Below are positions 55,176 to 64,000 of a stretch of 64,000 nt of DNA, piece by piece. Within the stretch, counting starts at the first letter, position 1; the number at the start of each line of letters is the position of its first letter. The notes beneath the pieces were generated by a model. The model was not told the origin of the DNA, made no database searches, and worked only from the letters and a program-made list of their open reading frames with translations. A program made the translations under genes and the position numbers. Location: positions 62,001 to 126,000 of IMG/VR virus record IMGVR_UViG_3300042560_001323. The stretch is one strand, 5' to 3'.

Positions 55176-55706
55176 TCAATAAGAGCCAGGTTCTTGAAAC
55201 ACAGAGAGAAATACAGTTCCTTTCTTATAAAGTGGTAGAAGTTTATCTCTTAGATCAATGTTATAAAGTCTTACACAACCTAGTGTGGGGTATAGTGGTT
55301 GTCTAGGTGCCCAGGCTCCTGGCCAAAATGCGGCAGATCCGCCACCGTGAACCATAAGACCGGCTCTACCATATCTTGCTTCTTGGCCCTCTAGTTCTAC
55401 CATATCAAATGACATCCACCCATATGCCATTAGGGTGCGATCATAGCGGGGGTAATCGCCGTAAGTTGCATAATCATTGTAAAGCTGTCCTAGCTTATAA
55501 AGGCCAGGAACAGTATCACTTCCAGTTGCAGAAAATAGATAATCGCTACCTTGACCGCGAGCAAGAGCGGGGATTTCCCATAGAAGATTACCATAGAAAT
55601 CGTATGCCTTTGCAGTCTCTACGATATCATTAACAATAATATGAGTATCAAGTGGTTTAAACCCAAATTCTTTAGGGCTTTTACCGGGTCCTACTGGTTT
55701 AGTCAT
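55176..55706 (-). CDS. L,D-transpeptidase-like (YkuD-fold) protein
   Basis: MVHGGG...TLGCVRLYN catalytic His/Cys motif. Confidence 0.75.
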   Translation of the reverse strand: MTKPVGPGKSPKEFGFKPLDTHIIVNDIVETAKAYDFYGNLLWEIPALARGQGSDYLFSATGSDTVPGLYKLGQLYNDYATYGDYPRYDRTLMAYGWMSFDMVELEGQEARYGRAGLMVHGGGSAAFWPGAWAPRQPLYPTLGCVRLYNIDLRDKLLPLYKKGTVFLSVFQEPGSY

Positions 55707-55737
55707 AATTACAGCATATTGAACTGTAATTATTTAG

Positions 55738-56235
55738 TCAGTATGTAGACTCAGCATAGACTAACAATAATATGATAAGAAAAAGCAAAAATCCAATAGC
55801 AGCAAAAATATTAAATTTAATTAATGGTACAAGAACAAATGCAAGAAAAAGGTAAAAGCCGAATGCAACACCTGTAAGAGCCAGAGTAATAGCTAATGCA
55901 ATAAGAACTTTAGAGAAAAAAGGTTCCCATAAAAATTCAAGAATATCCCAAATCTCTTTAAAAACAAAGACTATTCCTGTTCCACAAAAGTTTAGAATCT
56001 TTTTACAGAGTCTAAGAAAGCCCCTACTTTTATCTCTCGGAGGATTCTTATACTCACTAAAAATTCTAAAGTTTTCAATAGCAGTAGGATCAGCAGAATC
56101 TAGCCACTCTAAAAATTGCTGAGAGTCATAAGAGTTAATTTTTTGCCAATCTTCTTCAAACTCTTCAAAGTAGTCTGGATTATTTTTCAGGAATGCAGCT
56201 GTGATTGGTCTGGTGTGTTTCATTGGTGGTTTCAT
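55738..56235 (-). CDS. Hypothetical membrane protein
   Basis: C-terminal hydrophobic helices. Confidence 0.6.
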   Translation of the reverse strand: MKPPMKHTRPITAAFLKNNPDYFEEFEEDWQKINSYDSQQFLEWLDSADPTAIENFRIFSEYKNPPRDKSRGFLRLCKKILNFCGTGIVFVFKEIWDILEFLWEPFFSKVLIALAITLALTGVAFGFYLFLAFVLVPLIKFNIFAAIGFLLFLIILLLVYAESTY

Positions 56236-56299
56236 AATAATACAGGCAAAGGGCTCCCCAAAAGAGAAACCCTTAACATTCCTAAATCAACCGTTTGAA

Positions 56300-56767
56300 T
56301 CAGTTAAGAACTTCAAGACGAACATCGGCAAGACCACTGGAGGTTACTCCAAGATGACTTGCAATGCCTTGTCCAAGGTCTACAATACGGCCACCAACAT
56401 AAGGTCCACGGTCATTTACCCTTGCAACGGCACTACGACCATTGTTAAGATTAGTGATGCGAACTCTCGTGCCAAATGGCAGACTACGGTGAGCAACAGT
56501 AAAGGTTCCCGGTCGGTAAGTTTCACCATTAGCAGTGCGATTACCATAGAATCCAGGACCATACCAACTTGCAACACCAGTGGATGCACCGGCAAGCGTA
56601 TGTTGAATAGTTTGATTCTCCTCCATCATCCATTTATTCGTATTGATAGAAGTTTCGGGGGAAACATCTACTGTAGAATAAGAACTAGAAGAAATTGCTC
56701 GTGCCTGAACTGGGGTTAGCAGAACTGCACCGGCAAAAAGGATTGAGATAGTTTTGTTAATTTGCAT
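56300..56767 (-). CDS. rlpA: RlpA-family lytic transglycosylase (DPBB domain)
   Basis: GVASWYGPGFYG.RTANGE, AHRSLPFGT.V.ITNL.NG, VNDRGPY. Confidence 0.95.
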   Translation of the reverse strand: MQINKTISILFAGAVLLTPVQARAISSSSYSTVDVSPETSINTNKWMMEENQTIQHTLAGASTGVASWYGPGFYGNRTANGETYRPGTFTVAHRSLPFGTRVRITNLNNGRSAVARVNDRGPYVGGRIVDLGQGIASHLGVTSSGLADVRLEVLN

Positions 56768-56780
56768 TTAATTGAATAGA

Positions 56781-56850
56781 ACTCGACATCCAGGCTTGAG
56801 TACCGTCGCAACGCCCCCGTTCTAAAAGGCAGCACTCCCTGGCTCTAGTA
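56781..56850 (-). promoter_or_regulatory. GC-rich structured 5' leader of rlpA (three-way junction candidate)
   Basis: CCAGG-GAGTGC / GTACTC-AAG-CCTGG closing two hairpins; CTAAATA at 56874-56880. Confidence 0.5.
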
Positions 56851-57340
56851 ACACTTATTTCATTATGAAAAAGTATTTAGGCTGGGTTTCCCAACCTTGA
56901 AGATAGAATAGCACAGTTTTAGAGTTTATGGTGCAGCAGTGACCAGTTGTGGTTCTGACCACTCCTCCACAATTGCTTTTTTATATTCTGTAAGGTTTTT
57001 ATCAGTGAGATGCTTACAGCGTTCAGAAACCCACTTCTTGTTGGCTTCTTCAATTTTTTGTTCGTTGTTCATAGTTATTTAAGGAATTGTGGCACAGGCC
57101 GCCGCAATAATACCAACAATAATACAAAGAAATAATAAAAATCCTAGTGGGCTAAAATAGGTAGAGGCAAAACTGAATAAAAGAACAATTCCAAAAAGAC
57201 TGACACTAACTAATGTTGCAATTTTAATAAATTTCATCATCTTCATTTAAAGGATCCTCTAACATACATCATTTATTGATAGTTGGACCGTTCGGTGGAC
57301 ACTTTTTAAATTGTCCATAATAGGTCTATTCGGGATGGAT

Positions 57341-57550
57341 TTATTGCTCTAGTTCAGCAGCGATTGCGCAAAGTTGTTCTGCATCAATGTAAAAATTCCC
57401 ATAATCATCCATATATTCTGTATCTTTACAGTCTGCAAGGGCACGGAGGGCGGCGGCAATGGCATAACTTGCTTTGTCAACGGCATAAACATCCCATTCT
57501 GACAAGAACGCATTCAACACTTTCTGTGCAGGGCCATCTTTCTGTGCCAT
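57341..57550 (-). CDS. Hypothetical protein (AQKVL..AAALRALAD family)
   Basis: Resembles the ORF at 52.8 kb. Confidence 0.7.
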   Translation of the reverse strand: MAQKDGPAQKVLNAFLSEWDVYAVDKASYAIAAALRALADCKDTEYMDDYGNFYIDAEQLCAIAAELEQ

Positions 57551-57648
57551 ATCGTTGTTTGGTAAACTGCCAACATAACATACGCCATCTACAACCTAAC
57601 GGGCCTTTCAGTGGACACTTCTTAAACTGTCCATAAATACAAATAAAA

Positions 57649-58107
57649 ATGTGGCTGTATAATAATCAAGTTCTTGAAACCGTACCCGAAGGAATGGAAG
57701 GGTTTGTATATCTTATTGAAAACTTAACAAACAATAAGAAATACATCGGTAAGAAACATTTCTGGGAAAGAAGAAAAGACCGTAAGACTGGCAGAAGAAA
57801 GACAAAAGAGAGCAGTTGGCAATCTTATATGGGGAGTTGCGATGAATTGATTGCCGATTATAAAGAACTAGGAAGGGTAAACTTCAGGAAAACTATTCTT
57901 TATCTTTGCCCACATAAAAAGTCAATGTCTTATTTTGAAACACTGGAGCAGTTCAAAAGAGACGTTATTATGCGTGAAGATTATTACAATACTAATGTTG
58001 AAGGAAAGTTTTTTACCTCAGAGAAAGACAATATTTATAGTAAGGTATTATTCTCGGAAACAGTTCAAGACCAATCTTCAAACATAAATCCACTTGTGGT
58101 TGAGTAG
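57649..58107 (+). CDS. GIY-YIG family nuclease (conserved T4-like type)
   Basis: GFVYLIENLTNNKKYIGKK, W..Y.GS, YN.N..GKF; ATAAATA upstream. Confidence 0.85.
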   Translation: MWLYNNQVLETVPEGMEGFVYLIENLTNNKKYIGKKHFWERRKDRKTGRRKTKESSWQSYMGSCDELIADYKELGRVNFRKTILYLCPHKKSMSYFETLEQFKRDVIMREDYYNTNVEGKFFTSEKDNIYSKVLFSETVQDQSSNINPLVVE

Positions 58108-58508
58108 TGAATTTTTGTTATTCCATTGTGCTTAAGAAATAGAGTACATAGAGGACAAGGACGAGAGTTTCTGAGTTTATTGCCACCGTGACCACCGACT
58201 CTTGCAACAACAATTGTATCGCCTTCTTCTTTTGCTCTCAAAATACAGTTAAGTTCGGAATGTAAGAAATGCTTTTTCGAGTACACATCATTATCGTGAA
58301 TGCGGCTCGCAAGAATAGCATACTTCTCTTGAATAGGATGGGTCTTTCTATCGTAATTACAGGCGGCGGATATAATCTTTCGCTTTTTGAGAAGAATGCT
58401 CCCAACTCGTTTTTTAGAAGGAGATGCCATTGCAACCGAAATTGCATTATTAAGAATCTCCGGTTTCATTTGCGACGGGACTGCAATAATATCACTCAAA
58501 AGATACAT
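58065..58508 (-). CDS. Cytidine/dCMP deaminase-family protein
   Basis: HSE...SRPCPLC zinc motif. Confidence 0.8.
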   Translation of the reverse strand: MYLLSDIIAVPSQMKPEILNNAISVAMASPSKKRVGSILLKKRKIISAACNYDRKTHPIQEKYAILASRIHDNDVYSKKHFLHSELNCILRAKEEGDTIVVARVGGHGGNKLRNSRPCPLCTLFLKHNGITKIHYSTTSGFMFEDWS

Positions 58509-58582
58509 CAGTTAGGCATTAAAAAATCACTCTAGCACGGAGTTGTGACTAGAGTGATTTAGGTGTGACAGTTTTTAAAGTG

Positions 58583-59728
58583 TCAGTCTTCTAGATAGTT
58601 GCTAGCAAACTCGGTTAAGGTTTCAGTGGACATATCCTCTAAGATAGACACTGCCTGACTTTCAGTTTCAGCATATCCTTCATTAATAAGATCTTCAATC
58701 ATATATTGCGTTAGGAGATCGTAGTCTACTGAGGCATTTACATTTTGCCGTTTCCTTGCACTACGAATTGCAGGGGCAACAGCCGAACCTTTAAGAGGAT
58801 TACCGGCCTTAGATGTAACTTGAACCCCCATTTTTGATCTAGTTCTTGATGGGAAGGCAGTAGGATTAACAGGAGCAGCGGGCCTATTGCTTAGACCCCG
58901 TAGACCCAATCTAGGCCGATTAGTTTCTGTAGAAGTAGCGGAGGCTTTTGGAGTTGCAGGTTTTGCAAATACATCATCATTTGTGGCTCGGGCAGAAGCT
59001 CTGGCCTGCCGAGTTTGCTCCCTACCTGGAGTTCTGGGGGTTGGCTTGGTTAGAGGAGCCTTGTAGCCGCTTTTAGCGCCCTGATATGCGCCTCTAGCAG
59101 CATTGACTAGGCGTCTACCACCCCGGCCAACTCTTGCCAGAGCGGCTTGAGCTTTTCCTGCTACTTCACTACCAGTTTTCTTTAGTTGAGCCTTTCTATC
59201 TCTGATTTTCTTATTAGCGATTTCCATCGCACCTTTAACACTTCGCTTTGCACCACTAAGAGCGCCACGAATGGCAGCGGATCTAGATGCACGCCGGGCT
59301 CTGGCGGCGGAATCTGAAGCAGAAGAAAGAGAACGTTTTGCAAGTTGTGTGGCTGATTCCAAATCTTTTGTGGCTTTTGCTCCAGATGCGGTTGCAGAAG
59401 TTTTAAAACGTGCGGCATCTTGAGCACTATAATTGCCTCTCAAACCTCTCTGCGAAGACCTTCTTTGTGAAACTGACATTGCCTCATTAATCATCTCTAG
59501 AGATTCAGTAAGAACTTCATCATCAGAGAAAGTGACTTCAAGTGTATCTACAGCCTCATCAAGAGTATCACCATAATCCATAAATTCCCAAATTAGGGAT
59601 TCCATTACTTCTTCAATTTCTTCTTGTTGAAGATAGTCTACGAAGCGAAGATTATCGTAAAAACTGGCTTCAGTAAAACGGCTATTATATAGTTCACCGT
59701 AAGCCTCAGTTAGATGGTATCTAGACAT
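58583..59728 (-). CDS. Late protein with acidic ends and a basic Ala/Arg/Lys-rich core (probable virion protein)
   Basis: CTAAATA upstream; L.EAY..LY and YL..EGYA.T...A..I...MS end motifs typical of cyanophage structural proteins. Confidence 0.7.
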   Translation of the reverse strand: MSRYHLTEAYGELYNSRFTEASFYDNLRFVDYLQQEEIEEVMESLIWEFMDYGDTLDEAVDTLEVTFSDDEVLTESLEMINEAMSVSQRRSSQRGLRGNYSAQDAARFKTSATASGAKATKDLESATQLAKRSLSSASDSAARARRASRSAAIRGALSGAKRSVKGAMEIANKKIRDRKAQLKKTGSEVAGKAQAALARVGRGGRRLVNAARGAYQGAKSGYKAPLTKPTPRTPGREQTRQARASARATNDDVFAKPATPKASATSTETNRPRLGLRGLSNRPAAPVNPTAFPSRTRSKMGVQVTSKAGNPLKGSAVAPAIRSARKRQNVNASVDYDLLTQYMIEDLINEGYAETESQAVSILEDMSTETLTEFASNYLED

Positions 59729-59931
59729 ATTTTGTTTTAGGTTATACTCTCCTATTATTTAGGAAACTTGTCCCAGCAACTTTTCCTCAAAGTCTTCCCA
59801 GTATTTGTCTGTTGCCTCTGTATTATCTTCGGGGCTTCCTAGATAATCAAACCAGAACTCTCCCGATTCGTGAAAGTTCTCCCAAAAGGCGGTTTTAATT
59901 TGGTCTAAAGTAAAAGTTTCTTCCATTGTGT

Positions 59932-61128
59932 TTAAAGTTTAAAGTTTGCAAAGGCTGTAGGACTAACATCTTGTTTAATTCCACCAACAACATAACTCTC
60001 AACCTCAGTCTCTTGTGGTGCCACTTGTAGACCCTTAGAGGAAATCCAATGTTGAGTCCAAGGTAATGGATTATTATTTGCAGAAATATCATAAACCGGA
60101 TTTAATCCAATAGCTTTAAGTCTACGATTAGCAATCCATTCAATGTATTGCTGAAGAAGTTTATCATTTAGGCCAATCATACTTCCATCTTTAAATAAAT
60201 ATGATGCCCACCGCTTTTCTTCATTTACTGCACAATCAAACATTTTATAAATCCAGTTCTCCTCTTCCTTTGCGATACTTTGCATATCTGGGTCGTCACC
60301 CTCTTTCCATTTATTTAAAATGTTTTGAGTGAGAGCTAGATGTTGATTTTCATCTCTTGCAATAAGACTGATAATTTTTGCAGAACCCTCCATCAATTTC
60401 AGTTCACCGAAAGCAAAGCTACAAGCAAAACTAACATAGAAACGAATACCTTCAAGAATGTTCACATTTACAACAGCTCTAAACAATTTTCTTTTAACTT
60501 CCATCAAGGTTTCCCTTGCATATTGAACTCCCTCAAGATTGTGAATCCAAGTATCAGAAGACCCGTAATTCTGTGCAGATTGAATAAAATCATCATATGA
60601 TTCGGTAACACTTTTTGCCCTCTCTATAATATTTTTATCGTCAATAATAGTATCAAACACTTCTGATGGGTTAGAATAAATATTCTTAATAATATAAGTA
60701 TATGACCTTGAATGTATCATTTCCATGAATTCCCAAACTGTCATACATGCTTCAAGTTCTGGAAGAGAGCAATAAGGAATAAACGCCATTCCTGGACCTC
60801 TACCCTGAACTGAATCCAGCATAATCTGGTATTTAAGATTAGAGGTGTATATGTGCTTTTGTTCCGGGCGAAGTGTTTGATAGTCCCCGCGATCTTTTTG
60901 TAGCGAAATCTCCTCGGGTCGCCAAAAATATCCAAGTTGTTGGGTAGTTAGTTTTTCAAATATTGGATACTTATATGAATCATATCTTTGAATTCCAAGA
61001 GGTTTACCGAAAAACATTGGTTGTCTTTTAGTTTCCACTTTTTCTGTATTAAATACTGTCATTCCTTTAATGGCTGTAGTTTGTTCGGTTAAAAAATCTT
61101 TAAGCTGATAGTCTGGTTTATTTTGCAT
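59932..61128 (-). CDS. nrdB: Ribonucleotide reductase class Ia beta subunit
   Basis: FWRPEE, LDS.QG, EMIHSRSY, ILEGIRFYVSF, IARDENQH, APQETE. Confidence 0.97.
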   Translation of the reverse strand: MQNKPDYQLKDFLTEQTTAIKGMTVFNTEKVETKRQPMFFGKPLGIQRYDSYKYPIFEKLTTQQLGYFWRPEEISLQKDRGDYQTLRPEQKHIYTSNLKYQIMLDSVQGRGPGMAFIPYCSLPELEACMTVWEFMEMIHSRSYTYIIKNIYSNPSEVFDTIIDDKNIIERAKSVTESYDDFIQSAQNYGSSDTWIHNLEGVQYARETLMEVKRKLFRAVVNVNILEGIRFYVSFACSFAFGELKLMEGSAKIISLIARDENQHLALTQNILNKWKEGDDPDMQSIAKEEENWIYKMFDCAVNEEKRWASYLFKDGSMIGLNDKLLQQYIEWIANRRLKAIGLNPVYDISANNNPLPWTQHWISSKGLQVAPQETEVESYVVGGIKQDVSPTAFANFKL

Positions 61129-61218
61129 TGGTTTTATTTAATATAATTTAAATGGTAAATTATAGGTCCATAATATCTTACATAATCATAACTTTTAGGT
61201 GAATCGTCGCGGGCATTT

Positions 61219-61908
61219 TTAATTACTCATTTTTACATAACTCCATTTGTACCCCTTACAGTGGTTAAATCTTCCCTCACAAGTATATTTAATATTAGAT
61301 GCGTTTGTTTTTACAAATCTTGCCGCAGCATTGATTGATTCAAACTCTCTTAAAAAATTTCCATCAATATCATACTGAAATACCTTTACTCTTTTTATGT
61401 TTGGATTATTTCTAAGTGTTTGCGATGTTTTGGCTTTACTCTCATCTGTATGAGATTTTCCAGCAAATCCACAAACAGATGGTTTTCCCTTTCTCATTTT
61501 ACGCAATTTTTCTTTAGTCTCTTCCGTATGATGACGACCGTAAAACGGGTTATCTTTTCCCGTGTACTTGCCCCTCCTCATCTCTGACAAAAGTTTTTTA
61601 GTTTCTTCTGTGTGATAATATCCGGGATTGCCCCCATCTCCTCCAAGAGATTGGTTATAATCTGGACGCAATTGAGAAATCCAGAACATTTCTCTATTTC
61701 CTAAGTCACATTCGCAGAATTCTATTTCCTCTATGATGAAATTTTCTTTTCCATATTTTCTAATCGCTCTATGTAGATAGGTTGTAGAATTTTTTTTTGT
61801 TGCGTCATAGCAATGGTTGGAGAATCTCTCAGCTAAAGACTTTACAGTCCTACCCACATAAAATTTACGGTTGACTTTATTTGTTATCTTATAAATTTTC
61901 CCTTTCAT
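61219..61908 (-). CDS. Free-standing GIY-YIG homing endonuclease between nrdA and nrdB
   Basis: KIYKITNKVN.KFYVGRT...RF..H; NUMOD3 repeats; NUMOD1-like C-terminus. Confidence 0.92.
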   Translation of the reverse strand: MKGKIYKITNKVNRKFYVGRTVKSLAERFSNHCYDATKKNSTTYLHRAIRKYGKENFIIEEIEFCECDLGNREMFWISQLRPDYNQSLGGDGGNPGYYHTEETKKLLSEMRRGKYTGKDNPFYGRHHTEETKEKLRKMRKGKPSVCGFAGKSHTDESKAKTSQTLRNNPNIKRVKVFQYDIDGNFLREFESINAAARFVKTNASNIKYTCEGRFNHCKGYKWSYVKMSN

Positions 61909-61924
61909 AGAATTCCTAAAAACT

Positions 61925-61944
61925 TATTACTATTTATAGTAATA
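61925..61944 (-). promoter_or_regulatory. TATAAATA late promoter embedded in an 8-bp inverted repeat
   Basis: TATTACTA-TTTA-TAGTAATA on the plus strand; promoter at 61931-61938. Confidence 0.6.
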
Positions 61945-61960
61945 GGTCTTTAAGATTTTA

Positions 61961-64000
61961 TTAAATAGAGCAGCTATCACACATTGATTCATCGGAATTA
62001 GAAAGTTCTTGGAGAATGACCTGAAGCTCTTGTTCAGAGTTTTCCGTCACTTCATCCGTTTTATTATCAAAAGTGTTTTGATAATAACTTGTTTTCCAAC
62101 CCACGGAATATGAGTAAAGCATGTCATGGGCCATTACGCTAACTGGAACTTCATTATCGGGATAGTTTTCCGGATTGTAAGACCAGTTCCCAGAAATTCC
62201 CTGATCGATAAATTTCTGTAGAACTGCAACGGTATTAATATAACCTAAATTAGACTTCATATCCCAAAGAAGCGTATAATTATTCTTAAGAGTGTGATAT
62301 TGTGGAACAATTTGCTTAAGTGGACCTTTTTTGGACTTTTTAATTGACAGCAGTTCACGAGGAGGTTCAATTCCATTAGTTGCATTAGAAACAACAGAAC
62401 TACTCTCCGATGGCATCTGTGCAGATAGAGTTGAGTGCCTAAGGCCATTTTCAAGAATGGATTTTCGCAATTCTTCCCAATCATGTTGAAGAGGAACTGA
62501 GGAAATTTCATCCACCTCTTTCTTGTAAGTATCTATGGGTAAAATTCCATCAGAATACTTAGTTCGCCCAAACCATTCACAGTGTCCTTTTTCTTTAGCG
62601 AGTTGATTGGATGTCTTTAAAAGGTAGTATTGAAAAGATTCAGAAAGTTTATGCATCGCATCCCACGCCCCTTGTGAATCATAGTTAACTCCAAGTTTAG
62701 CAAAATAGTGAGCAAGGCCAATAAAGCCAATTCCAAGCGATCTGCGACGCTTTGTAAAGTTTTCCGCCGCTTTGACGGGATACTTTTGATAATCAATAAT
62801 TTCTTCTAGAGCACGAACTGCAAGATCACATAACTCTTCAATCTCTTCGTCTGGTTTTATTTTGCCAACATTAATAGCCGAAAGAATACAAGTGGCAATT
62901 TCAGAAAAATTGTCATCATCAATATGTTGAATTGGGGTAGTGGGTTCCGTGATTTCTTGGCAGAGGTTCGACATCGTAATCTGGTCTTTATATGAACTAT
63001 GAGTGTTACAATGATCAATGTTCATAATATAAACCCTGCCAGTTTCAGCCCGTTCTTTAAGAAGATTTAGAATTAATTCTTGAGCTTTAACAGTCTTTTT
63101 AGGAATCGTCGGATCATTTTCATATTCAACGTAAATAGAATCAAATTCAGGCAGCCCAAAAGCATCATACAGCCTAGGTACATTATGTGGTGAGAAAAGG
63201 GTAATCTCTCCATTCTGAATGAATCTTTCGTAAAAAATTCTACTAAGTTGAATTGAATAATCGAGCCTGCGAACTCTATTGTCTTCAGTTCCCTTGTTAT
63301 TTTTTAATACTACGACATCCTCTATTTCTTGGTGCCAAATTGGAACATGAACCGTCGCAGAACCACCTCTAATGCCATTTTGCGTGCAACTTCTAACGGT
63401 TGCCTCAAATTTTTTAAAAAACGGAATAAGCCCAGTGTGTATGACCTCTCCTCCCCGGATTTTGCTGTTGATGCCGCGAATTCTTCCCCCGTTAATACCG
63501 ATTCCAGCGCGTTGAGCTACATATCTAAAAATCGCAGAATCGCTGGCCTCAATGCTATCAAGAGTATCGTCTACATCAACAAGAACACAACTTGCAAATT
63601 GACGAAGTGGAGTTCTAACCCCCGCCATAATAGGCGTAGGAATGTTAATTTTGTGTTTTGAAATTGCATCATAGTATTTTTTTACAAACGCCAGTCGGGT
63701 CTCTTTAGGATATTCAGAGAAGAGGGTTAGCGCAATCATAATATACATAAATTGCGGAGTTTCATATAATTTGCCGCTACTTCGGTCTTGTACCAAATAC
63801 TTGTCAACAACTTGACGAATACCGGCATAGGTAAAAATGAAATCCCTGTCGTGATTTATAAAATAATTTACCTTATCAATTTCTTCCTTTGAATACTTCT
63901 CATAAACTACGGGATCATAAAGATTCATTTGAACACAATGATTGATGTGCTCATCTAGATGGGGCAAATCAATTCTACCTCCATACACTTGCTTACGAAT
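61961..64000 (-). CDS. nrdA: Ribonucleotide reductase class Ia alpha subunit (5' end outside the window)
   Basis: QFASC, SNLCQEI, CILSAIN, MPSESSS, KTSYY; frame open to the window edge. Confidence 0.97.
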   Translation of the reverse strand: MRKQVYGGRIDLPHLDEHINHCVQMNLYDPVVYEKYSKEEIDKVNYFINHDRDFIFTYAGIRQVVDKYLVQDRSSGKLYETPQFMYIMIALTLFSEYPKETRLAFVKKYYDAISKHKINIPTPIMAGVRTPLRQFASCVLVDVDDTLDSIEASDSAIFRYVAQRAGIGINGGRIRGINSKIRGGEVIHTGLIPFFKKFEATVRSCTQNGIRGGSATVHVPIWHQEIEDVVVLKNNKGTEDNRVRRLDYSIQLSRIFYERFIQNGEITLFSPHNVPRLYDAFGLPEFDSIYVEYENDPTIPKKTVKAQELILNLLKERAETGRVYIMNIDHCNTHSSYKDQITMSNLCQEITEPTTPIQHIDDDNFSEIATCILSAINVGKIKPDEEIEELCDLAVRALEEIIDYQKYPVKAAENFTKRRRSLGIGFIGLAHYFAKLGVNYDSQGAWDAMHKLSESFQYYLLKTSNQLAKEKGHCEWFGRTKYSDGILPIDTYKKEVDEISSVPLQHDWEELRKSILENGLRHSTLSAQMPSESSSVVSNATNGIEPPRELLSIKKSKKGPLKQIVPQYHTLKNNYTLLWDMKSNLGYINTVAVLQKFIDQGISGNWSYNPENYPDNEVPVSVMAHDMLYSYSVGWKTSYYQNTFDNKTDEVTENSEQELQVILQELSNSDESMCDSCSI

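Noticed and set aside
59932-64000. Introns or inteins in nrdA/nrdB
   Set aside because: Both frames are continuous with normal motif spacing; the intervening endonuclease is free-standing

Overview
A 64 kb segment of an AT-rich T4-like myophage genome, most likely a cyanophage (ThyX, PhoH, SpeD, gp33, gp59, DUF1825-like and other cyanophage-type core genes). Nearly all genes are on the minus strand. From left to right: NAD salvage gene and AAA ATPase; baseplate/tail module (gp5, hub and lytic tail proteins, gp51, gp26, gp54, gp4, gp2, gp48, gp53); gp32; MTase plus putative nuclease; gp59, gp33, exonuclease, PhoH; intein-containing ThyX; SpeD, glutaredoxin; small accessory ORFs; a glycosyltransferase cluster (GT25, GT6, GT11, epimerase, methyltransferases); Dps and Pth2; an RNA island at 53.5-54.6 kb; RlpA; and class Ia nrdB/nrdA separated by a GIY-YIG endonuclease. 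The most notable non-coding features are: (1) a ~155-nt RNA that reproduces the uL11-binding GTPase-associated centre (H43/H44) of 23S rRNA with a 95-nt insertion; (2) four dispersed, covarying copies of a promoter-structured RNA-terminator cassette, two of them flanked by duplicated gene ends; (3) a tRNA-Arg(UCU) split by a 209-nt group I intron; (4) a multicopy gene family whose 12-bp repeats vary almost only at three positions, compatible with adenine-directed diversification. All calls come from reading the sequence and recalling motifs; no database searches were run.
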